DNA of 49,253 nt. It comes from Sphaerodactylus townsendi. Its lineage: Eukaryota. The notes beneath the pieces were generated by a model. It ran no database searches. It had not been told where the DNA came from and saw nothing but the letters and a program-made list of their open reading frames with translations. Positions 35,074 to 45,100 of this stretch are shown piece after piece. Both the position numbers and the translations under genes were made by a program. Position 1 is the first letter of the stretch; every line of letters starts with the position of its first letter. The DNA lies in NCBI RefSeq assembly GCF_021028975.2, contig NC_059437.1, forward strand, positions 56,420,001 to 56,469,253, written 5' to 3'.

Positions 35074-35079
35074 AATAAA
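35074..35079 (+). terminator. Candidate UNG polyadenylation signal
   Basis: AATAAA ~1.2 kb after the stop, preceded by AU-rich sequence and followed by GT/T-rich sequence. Confidence 0.55.
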
Positions 35080-35518
35080 CATCTGTTTTGATACATCTTC
35101 CTTGCCGTTAATTGTGCTTGTTTGAGTCATGCTGGTTATCTCAACTTTGGGGCTGTTGGGGGCATTCCATCTCCTGGGATTTATTCTACCCCTTGTTTTG
35201 TAACATCAGGTGTACAGTCTTTGAGAGTAATTAGTTTCCAATTTAGAAAAAAAATTCTGTTGTGGAGATAAAGGGTTGATTTATTTTCTGATGATGCTAG
35301 AAAAGGAAGCGGAGTTGCCACTGAGGTGAACGAAGGGTCGTGGAGGTGTCTTGTGCCTAATTCGCACGTAACTTTGAAGTAGGAGCCTTCCAGTCCAGCA
35401 GTCGTTTTGGCAGATGCAGGTGACCGCAGGCCAGTCAGCCGTCCCACAGCTTGAGCAGGGATGGCTAGAGGCTGGCCCCCAAAGCAGTGGTGGGTCAGCA
35501 AATTGAGATTCGGTCCCT

Positions 35519-35688
35519 CAGGGGTCTGCAACCTGCGGCTCTCCAGATGTTCATGGACTTATCAGAAGGTCCCATCAGCCTCTGCCAGCATGGGCCAGCA
35601 TGGCCAGGTGGCCATGCTTGGCCAAGGGGCTGTGATGCGCGGAATTGTAGTCCATGAACATCTGGAGAGCCGCAGGTTGCAGACCCTG
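35519..35688. mobile_element. Palindromic hAT MITE
   Basis: caggggtctgcaacctgcggctctccagatg ... catctggagagccgcaggttgcagaccctg. Confidence 0.8.
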
Positions 35689-35831
35689 CTCCTGTTGGTT
35701 CTCAGCCACAGCTGTTGGGCAGCTGCAACAGCCAGGCCTTCAAGGGAGGAGAGGAAGCAAGCAAAGAGGGCACCTTCATGGAAAAGGGGGTGGCCAGAGG
35801 CAGCAATGTGGCTCCCAGGAGGGGGCTGAGG

Positions 35832-36110
35832 GAAGAAGAGTTTGGATTTATACCCCCCCTTTCTCTCCTGCAAGGAGACTCAAAGGGGCTGACAATCTCC
35901 CTCCTACAACAAACATCCTGTGAGGTGGGTGGGGCTGAGAGGGCTGGGAAGAACTGTGACTTCACTAGGCCAAGGTCACCCAGCGGGCGGGTGTTGAAGT
36001 ACACAAGGTAATCTAGTTCACTAGATAAGCCTCCACAGCTCAAAAGACAGCAGGGAATCAAGCCTCATAGAGTGCACCTGCTCTTAACCGCTAAGCCCCT
36101 GCAGGCTGCC
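35832..36110 (-). mobile_element. tRNA-derived SINE (Squam3-like), reverse orientation
   Basis: Reverse complement of the SINE tail (gaagaagagtttggatttata) and body (caaggtcacccagc). Confidence 0.8.
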
Positions 36111-36249
36111 CTGAGCTGCCACCAGGGCCCCAGCCCCACTGCTGCTCTTCCACCCCCCAATGGGCCTGTTTCGGCCCCCTTTCTCCATCCCCACTCCTGG
36201 CTTGTGCTGCACCCGCCAGTCAGACCCAACCCCCACCCGACCCTGCTGA

Positions 36250-37330
36250 CGCAGAGGGTGGCCACCTCCAGGCCGGGAGGTTCCAGGCCTTTGGGATAGT
36301 GGGTGGGGCCTGGGGGAGGGCGGGGTTGGGGAGGAGGGGCGGGGTTTCCGAAGGGTGGAGCAGCGCCAGGCTGCCCCCCTCCCTTTCTTTCCTCCAGGGT
36401 CTGTCAGCTCTAGAGACCGGGGGCCAGTTGGAGTTCCCGGGGGCTTCCAGGCGCTACCTGGAGGCTGGCAACCCCACGGGTGCCCCCCGCGCGTGCTTGT
36501 TTCTCCAAGCAAAGGAATTGGGGCGGGGGGGGGGGAGGCGTTCAAAAACTTCCAGCGCCTTCAAGCAACTGCCGGCTGCTGCTGCCCGGGGTGCGCGCGG
36601 GCTCTGCAAAGGAGCGCCTGGCTGCGCGGGAGGCGCCCCCCCCCGCTCCTGGGACCCCCCCCCCTCGCCCTTTGTCCCGCCGCGAAGGCGCCTCCTGGGG
36701 TGAGTGGAGCTGGGGCGCTTTTGCAAGGCGAGCGGGGGGGGGGGCAAAAAAGACACCCCCCCCCCTTGTTTGGGCCGCGGGTCGCGGAGACGGGTGTGGG
36801 GCGGGTGGGTGGCCCCGCGGAAGCAGAAGTGTCCAAGCGCCACCCAAGGGAGGGAAAGGCGCGCGGAGCCCGGGCGGGACGGGGGGACTCGACGCGGGGG
36901 AGCCGGGTTCGAGTCCCCTCCCCTCAGGAAGCCTGCAGTGCCGGGTGACCCAGTGGGGCCAACCAGCCCCCAGTTCTCGCTCGCAGAGCTCCCTCGGCGG
37001 AGGCGGGTCAAGGACAAACAGCGGCCCCCACCGGCCTTTGCCCTTGGAAGCTGGCCGCGGGGGCCCTCCCTGCAGGGCGCGCGCACATCGCCGCCGGGGC
37101 CGATTGCAAGTTGCGCGCAGGCGGAGCAGGCTGTAGAAGGGAGGGACAACCACACTAAAACCCTCGCGGGCCTTTATGCACTTTTATGACCGCTTAATCA
37201 ACAAAGCAGCCGTAACACTTGAAATCAATGACTAAAACAACAAACCCTTGAAACAAGTGAATAAAAATAAAGGTGCGTGGCTTGAGCGCCCGGGGGCTGG
37301 GGGGGGGGGGCGGCTGGCACGAGCAGCCCA
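36250..37330 (+). promoter_or_regulatory. CpG island, probable ACACB upstream promoter with non-coding first exon ending at 37272
   Basis: CpG-dense block ~5 kb upstream of the ACACB ATG exon, which has its own acceptor at 42119-42120; donor aag|gtgcgt at 37272/37273; DR1-like agggcaaaggccg (minus, 37032-37044) and tcaaggaca (37008-37016). Confidence 0.6.
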
Positions 37331-37562
37331 CCTGGGCAGTTATTTCCTCTGTGGTTTAACACACCTCATCCCCAGAGACTTAAGACTGTGAGTTCTTTGA
37401 AACTTCTTACTATTCCCCTGCATTTTGCAAATGGCATCCTTTGTGGCGTGGTTGGTTGGAAGGTGGTTGTTTGGAAGGCTCTCCGTCATTCAGTGAAGCT
37501 GCCTTGCAGGCAAGTTTATTTCTTTATTTTCCAAATGCGTAGCCTGCCCCTCCCACAGGAAA

Positions 37563-37703
37563 TGTTGTGGGTTTTCCGGGTTGTAGGGCTGTATTCCAGT
37601 AGCATTTTCTCCTGATGGAATCCAGCCACAGATGCAGGCGAAACGTCGGGAGAAAATGTTACTGGGACAGGGCCATGCAGCCCGGAGACCCCCACAACAC
37701 CCC
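37563..37703. mobile_element. Penelope-derived inverted-repeat remnant
   Basis: Element terminus present in both orientations around ccagccacagatgcaggcgaaacgtc; homologous to 8949-9025. Confidence 0.7.
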
Positions 37704-38357
37704 ATGCAGAAATTAATAGTCCTAGGCTTCAAAAACATCTTAGCCTAAGTGGGACTCCCTTCTGAGTAAACACAGAATGGGCTGTGCTGGGCTACGTTTT
37801 GCAAAGACAGCGTTTCCACGTCTTTTTCAGTTTATGTGTAAAGTTTATTAAGAAGGCCCCAAATCAGGTAGTGCATAAGAAGATGTTGGCTCAAAAACAA
37901 AAAAAATATATTTTATAGTCTCTCAGTTTCAAGGGAGCTCAAGAAGACCTTTTCGCTGGCGGATTTTGCTCAGTTGCTGCACTTTGTATAGCCTGCACAC
38001 ATTCAATGGCATTTGGTCCGTTTACAAGTGGCATTTGTGCCCACAAGCTCTTTTCTGTGTTGGCGCTGGAGAGTAACCTTTGCCCCACGTGCTGCTGCGT
38101 TGTCCCACTTGGAGCTCAACAGAATACTTTGGAAGCGCTCCAGAAACGTGTTGTTCCTGGCATCCGTTTGCTCAGCCTCTCAGCCCTGTGAAGAAATTTC
38201 CATGCAGGGTAAACCAGGAAGAGCTTGAGGCTCCGCCCCCTTTTGGACTGCCCGTGTGGGTTTATGGAATCTTTGTGCAGTGTGAAAAATACGAATCCTC
38301 GCGAAGCCGCTGGAGAACTGGCATGCCCATACAGCTTTGGGGACTGAACTGGGAAAT

Positions 38358-38470
38358 TATTGTCGAAGGCTTTCACGGCCAGAATCTCTAGGGTGTTGTG
38401 TGTTTTCCAGGTTGTATGGCCTGCACCTGGAACACGGCTATACAACCCAGAAAACCCACAACACCCTAGA
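38358..38470. mobile_element. Penelope-derived inverted-repeat remnant
   Basis: tctagggtgttgtg...ttttccaggttgtatggcc paired with ggctatacaacccagaaaacccacaacaccctaga; the tail matches 43760-43796 in reverse. Confidence 0.65.
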
Positions 38471-39869
38471 CCTGGGAAAATCCTTCTGCTGGGGCGAGGT
38501 GAATTGCTCTTGTATAGCTGAGTGTGTAAGGGAACTTTTCTTGTTCAAAGGGGATAATTCTGTGGTCTGGTAATAAGCAGCCTTGAATTGCATGATGGAA
38601 GAAAGGGGTGGGTTGGGAGGGGATAAACTGCTTACAAGTACATACACGTGATTGGCACCAGACTGAAGATTCTGCCTGTGGGTAACCTGGTTTCTGTGAC
38701 AAGAAGCGGTTGAATTCTGCAACCCGTATAATTGAGATGTGCATTCTTTTTGGAATGTGAAGGAAATGAGCTCTCCGTTTTGTGCGTTGTGTTGCAGCGC
38801 TTCTGCATTACAAGGAACTTGCCCTCCATCGCTATGTGGACCCTGGAATAAAAATTCCTTTAAATAATTCTCTGCCACTTCCTTTTCATTTTGTCAGACA
38901 GCCCGAGCGCAGGCTTACGAACGGCCGGGGATATTTGAAGTGCTGAGGGAGCGACATTGCTATCTTGTTAATATCTGCAGTGCTTGAATGATGCCAATGT
39001 GCATTTTAAAAAGTGTGTGTCTGTTTCCTTCTGTTGCCATAAGAACGAGTTAATCTAAAGTTTATATTCCTCATAGCCGCTGGGCTGCTTCTCAAACGCC
39101 TTCACCCCCAGTTTGATCCTGACAGTTCAGGAAAAGTTCTGCTCTCCGGAGCTACGGGAAAGTTGAGCCAGAACGTTCTTGGAGAGAATGGACTTGTGAG
39201 TATTAAAGACAACTCCAGAACCAGCCGCTTCATTCGGTTTTTACTAGCCAGGTCAAGTAACTGCCCTGGGAGGTCTTGGCAGTGAGGGCAGAGGCAGTGG
39301 GCCAGGCTGCCAAGGGTGGGCTTATGAGCCGGGAGGTGCCCCTTGTGCCCTTTGGCTCCTAGGGGCAGCATCCCCTTCTGAGAGAATAAGGGGTACCTCT
39401 TTGACGGCTGCATTTGCCCTTTGCAGGTGCTAGCTGTGACCTTTATAACTTGCTCACAATACCTGGTTTTATGGCAGGTGGATTTTTCATTGATCAAAAG
39501 TTTCTTTAAAAAATCTGTTGTGAAGTTAATGAATCAGATTAAACGTTGCAGCCTCGCTGACTTTTTCGGGTCCGATTTCCTTTTATTGCTGTTATTATTT
39601 TCAGCTTCAGCAAGGTCAGCATGTTCTAGCTGATGTGCACACAGATCTTTGACTTGATAGCACGACTACATTTAATTATCTACTTGCTGAAGGCATATTG
39701 CCTCTGGAGGGGGGGGAACTAAAGAGCAGCCCTCCTTTCTTTGATCCCCCCTCCCCCTTTTACATTATTGCTGAGGCCCCTGCAGGGGCAGAACTATACT
39801 TTGCCTGGAGCCAGAGGGCCACAAAAACTGTTGACTATCGAGCCAGTAAGAAAGGCAGGCTACATATTT

Positions 39870-40169
39870 GAGAACCAACGTGGTGTAGTGGCTAAGAGCA
39901 GGTGGATTCTAATTTGGAAACCCAGGTTTGATTCTCCACTCTTCCACCTGAGTGGCAGAGGCTTATCTGGTGAACCAGATGTGTTTCCGCACTCCTACAC
40001 TCCTGCTGGGTGACCTTGGGCTAGTCACAGCTCTCTCATAACTCTCTCAGCCCCACATACTTCTCAAGGTGTCTGTTGTGGGGAGAGGAAGGGAAAGGAG
40101 CTTGTAAGCCACCTTGAGTCTCCTTACAGGAGGGAAAGGTGGGGTATAAATCCAAACTCTTCTTCTTCT
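39870..40169 (+). mobile_element. tRNA-derived SINE (second subfamily)
   Basis: Full-length copy like 18897-19205; (tct)n tail. Confidence 0.85.
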
Positions 40170-40309
40170 GTACATATTTAAATAATGTACAGATACATGC
40201 ATGTGCATAAAGTGCTGCCAAACCATAGCCAGTGTCCAGCCACCCACCCAAAGACTAACCAGCGAATGCACAGTCGTGAGAGTGAGGCCCCTCGGTTTCT
40301 TTGTTAATT

Positions 40310-40642
40310 CTGCAGGATTTGGTTCAGTTCTGCCAGACCTGCAAGGCAGCTGCTCCACCGGACATGCGGTTGAGGCAGCTACGATTTACCGTCTCTGCCC
40401 CGCCTTGTTCGACCTTCCCAATCACCCATTGCTGTGAGATGACAAGAGATGTTCGTCTGCTCGTTCTTTGAGATCTGTGGGGCCTCAATAGCGTAGAAGC
40501 TTCACCATCTTGTTTTAGTATATACGTGAATGGTTTTTAAATAATTTTATTATATGGTTGATATTTATATATATTATGTTGGAAATCGCCCTGAGCCCGA
40601 GGGCTAAGGGAGGTATAGAAATCTAATAAAATAAAAAATAAA
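40310..40642 (+). mobile_element. L2-type LINE 3' fragment
   Basis: Weak similarity to the 41570 region; ends aatcgccctgagccc...ggtatagaaatct plus an A-rich tail. Confidence 0.5.
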
Positions 40643-41514
40643 TTGAATCTTTTTAAAAAATCCCATGCTCTTGATCAAAAATCTCTAAGGTGGTTTAGAA
40701 GAGCTAAAATCTGTAACAATGAATGGAAGTTGTGGGAACCGTTTCTGCTTGAAATGTCTAACAAACAGCACAGTGTAAAGCAATTATGCAAATACAGTCT
40801 GATCAGATATTTCAGCAGCAAAGAACAAAGAAAGGTGAATAAGAAAGCCGGAGGCCCTTTGGCCTTGTGCCTCTGAACATGCCCAGAGGTAACAGGTGTC
40901 CGTCATGCCAGCCTGCTCGTCCTGCCTACTCCAAGAGTGTCAGATTCGCCGTCGCTCATATTTGGGCAGATCGCAGGCTCATAGCCAGCTGGCGTCCCTG
41001 TTATTCGGCTGCTGTTCCCAGAGAATAAAAATAGCTTGTGGTTTGAAACGCCCTTTGGCTCATCTGTCAGACGGACTGGACGTTACAGTAGCCTCGGCCA
41101 CAGAGTTGCATGGGGGCAAGATACAAAGAAGAGCTTGATCTTTTCCTGACAGAGACGAGAAGGATTATCAATAGGGTGTGTATGTGGAAGGAGGTATTTG
41201 ACAGCCGCGAGGCTTGTTAAGTGTTTGTGTTGTGTGTTCAAGAGTCACAGCATTTGTAGGGTTTGGTGAGGACTGGAAGTCACCTCAGATTCTGAGGGGC
41301 TTGCAGTAAATATTTAGGGACACCTGTGGGCTAGAACTGGTGGATTCAACCCCATGTGCCCAAGGTGTGACACCCCCTCCCCCCCAGTCCTTGAGTGGAC
41401 GTTCACATTTAAAGAAGAGATTCATTAACTGTTCGAGGGGCGACCATAGGGCAGAAATTTTTATTTCTGGAAGAAGTCTTGAGATGCTGCCCGGTTTTGG
41501 GGCTAGATCTTTGG

Positions 41515-41913
41515 GATCTAGCCCCGGCCTGGTGGAACGCTCTCCCTCCAGCTGTTAGGGCCCTGCGGGATCTTAGTGAGTTCCGCAGGGCCTGCAAGAC
41601 TGAGCTGTTCCGCCGGGCCTTTGGGGAGGCTGGCCACTGATGGCCCCCCCCTTCCTATAACATCAGTGGATCCTGCCGCCCCCTCCCCCCTTTTCTTTTA
41701 GGGGATTTGATAGTAGGTGCCATCTATTATGTTGATTTTAGTATGCTGCGTTTTAATGAGATGGGGTTTTATTTTATATAGAGCCAGGAAACTAATTTAA
41801 TGGATTCTAGTTTTTAGTCGTGTGTGCTCTTATCTATGTTTATGGTGTTCACCGCCCTGAGCCCTCCGGGGGAGGACGGTATATAAATATAATAAATAAA
41901 TAAATAAATAAAT
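41515..41913 (+). mobile_element. L2-type LINE 3' end
   Basis: ORF2 tail APAWWNALPPAVRALRDLSEFRRACKTELFRRAF, stem-loop caccgccctgagccctccgggggaggacggt, (taaa)n tail. Confidence 0.75.
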
Positions 41914-42129
41914 CAAAGGCCTGCTGATAGGTCTGTTTTGAGAGTTACCCTGCCCTCACACCCCATCCTCTAATAGGCCACGCTCTCAAGTCACATGATG
42001 CCCAAATCCTTGTTGAACCTCAGTGCAGCGCTTCTTTGAAAACTCACTGCTGATGAGCTGTTCTTTCCCTCCCCTCCCCACCTTTTTTTCTCTTTTACCT
42101 TCTTCTTAACTCATTTCCAGGTTTCCTGA

Positions 42130-45100
42130 ATGGTGCTTCTGGCTCTCCTGGCTGTTCTAATTCTGGTGTGGCTGGTTTGGGCCAAGATGGAGAATTCCTC
42201 CTCTGTGAACCCAAAACATCCAGAGGTTCAGCCTCTCAACCCAGTCCAGCTGTTCCCTGCAGAAGCTCAGCAGCTGCCACCCAACGAATCCTCCCTTCCT
42301 GAGGCCCAGGTCCCATCTGCAGAGCCCTCCGTGCCCCCGTTTCCGCTGCCTCCCCCAAGCGCCCAGAGTGCCGTGGAGTCCTCTAAGCAGCCGGATCACC
42401 CTGTTTGCCAGCACAAGCCTCCACTTCCCCATGCGGACTCTGACTCCACGCCGCCAGCCCAGTGGCCCCCAGCCACCAACGACGCTGCAAGGCCTCTGAG
42501 CCGGGTTGGTTGCCCGTCCTCCAGCCCAGCAGTCCGCCAGTTGCAGCCCCTTTCTTGGGACAGTCAGGAGTCATCGTCGTCGGGGCAGGTCAGCCAGCCT
42601 CACGGGAAACGCCAGTCGGGGGCCAAGTTTGTGCTGGGCTCCTTCGAAGACAACTCCTCTGACGATGAGCTGGTGGCCGGATCCTTTAAAACGGCCAGCA
42701 GGAGGAGGGGTAGCTTGGCCAGCATCAGTTCCTCCTCCTCCTCCGTGGACTCATGGTCATTGTCCTCCCTGACAGAGACAGGATCAGCCGTCATCATGAG
42801 GTGAGCAACGTGTGGGGCCCTCGCAGGCTGGGCCTGACCTGGGCCTCCAAGGATGTTTTGGTGAAATCCCACTTTGATCTGCCTCCATCTTTCTCTGACT
42901 TCTGGTGCATAGGTGTACAGTCCAAGTATACGGTATGTTTTTGGTCAGCACCAACGAGCAGGTGTGTTCCTTGAGCCTATGGAATTGCTTTTTAATATTG
43001 TGTCGTGGGATTCTTTCCCATATCCGTGGTCTTCACACACTGGCCTCAGCTGCTTGGTTTGAACAGGAAACTGATTCTCTTCTGGGGCAATTTGAAAAAC
43101 AAAATTTGACTGCCCCTTGGCGACACGAGTGCCCAGTCATGCTTTCCTTGGGACTCAAGTGCCCAGTCATGCTTTCCACTTGCTTTGTTATAATTGCTTC
43201 TGCAGCCGTGGCTGTTGTTGACTGTCACATGGACAAACCAGTGGAGAGCAAAACGCCAGAAGAGACAAACAGAGCATTATTACAGGCTTCTAAGGGGAAA
43301 TAGAGAATTCCTTTAACTGTTGGCGGATATGCGATGTCTTGTCAACAGATTTGGGAGTCTGAAATTGGCACAATTCCACCTTCTCTTCCTAACTTATTTT
43401 CTTCTAAACGCTTTCCTCCCCTGCTGTTCCTCAGAGATGCTGCATGGGTGGGGTATTAAATTTGATAAAATAAAAATAAAATAAATAAAATTGGGGTTTG
43501 TTGGGATTAAAACGGGACCAATCCGAGGTTTGTGTGGGGACTGCTCATGTAAAACACAAGCCCAACTCCCAATCACTTTTTAAAATTCAGCTTTTTAAAA
43601 ATATAGCCTTTGGAGTGTTGTGGGGTTTCCGGGCTGTATGGCCGTGTTCCAGTAGCATTTTCTCCTGACGTTTTCTCCTGCAAGCCACAGATGCAGGTGA
43701 AACATCAGGAGAAAATGCTACTGGAACATGGCCACACAGCCTGGAAACCCCACAACATCCCAGTGATTCCGGCCATGAAGGCCTTTGACAAAACAATATA
43801 GCCTTTTCCGAGAGCTGGAGAATGCGAGGGAGGAGGAGATTCGTGCTGCGTGGGAGAACTGCCCATCGTCTCTCACTTTGTTTTTCACACTGTGAACCTA
43901 CACAGCTGGTTCCGTTCAGCCGTCTGTACGGTGTTCCCGACAGCGAGTGAAGGCTTCTGGGAAATGGGTGCCAAAGGTTGCTTGGGACCAGGTGGGGCAA
44001 CGGGCAGTTTCTCCTCTGATGTCCCAGCCTTGCAGAGGCAGGCCTGAGCTGTATTCTTCATGTGTTCCTGCTGAAACTTTGTACTGGGCAACTGATCAGT
44101 TGTGAAACAGCTTTACCCTGGCAGGTGGTTCTGAACAGTTCTCTCTCTCTCTTTTATCCACCTGCAAATAGGAGTGATTCTCACCTGGTGCTCCCAAATC
44201 AGGAGCAACCTGTGCCTTCTTTTAACCTGTAAAAGTGAGGGCAAACTAGCACATGGGTCTAGAATTGTGGAGTGCAGTCTGTGGTCATCACAGTCCCTTC
44301 GACAGTTTTCTGGAGGTGGTTGGCTTTTCTGGTAGAAAAAACTGCAGGGTCCTCCTGTTCTATCTGCTGAGGTGGTCCTTTATCTTCTGATTTCTCATGG
44401 GGATGCTTTTGGATCATCCGCTCAGAGAAGTCACAGCTGCCCGCCTGATTCCCCTCGTATAAAAGGTAACTGGGGTGCACATTTCCTTGTTGCTGCGGAA
44501 GTGCCCTCGGCCTGTTGATCACATCAGATGAAAAGGGTCAAGAGGGGGGGGGAGGCGCTTCTTGCAATAGGACAACTTCTCCTTCTCTCTCTTCCTTTTT
44601 ACACTTGGAAGCCAGTCCTCTGGTTGAGGGAGGGCCGTCTTCCCCCTTGAGCCACGTGGGGCTGCTAGAGAGTTTGCTGCTGCTGCTGCCGCCGCCTGGC
44701 CGTGCGCCAGAGGGGAAGGGAGTGGGGGGGAGTGGCAGAGAAATGGAGGCAGCAGCCTCAAAGTTGCTGCCGGGCTCTTCTGGGAAGCACAGAGCAGAGA
44801 TCCTTTGTGGAAAGGGAGAGGAAGATGGAGCAGAACTCAACTGGTTTCAGCGCCTCAGGAGGTCAGTAACAGCAAGAGGAGCCGATGGGGAAGTGGTTTC
44901 TCCCGCACGGAGCAGACGCTCCCTCTTGGCACATCTGGCAGAAGTTTCTCTGCATGGCACAGCGATAACAACAGGACTTGGCTTCATGGGGAGGAAGAGG
45001 AAACTCTCTCGCGGGTGTGTTGTGCTGGGGGTGGGGGTCCTCACTTTGACTGTGTGCCTGGCCAGGTGGGCGCTCCCAACTCCTCTGCAACAGTTGGATG

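Noticed and set aside
36084-37189. Cluster of 130-233 aa ORFs on both strands
   Set aside because: Gly/Pro/Arg-rich products of a CpG island with no recognisable domain.
2344-40169. tRNA genes at the SINE heads
   Set aside because: A/B-box-like sequence is present but with no cloverleaf, and each is followed by the shared SINE body and tail.
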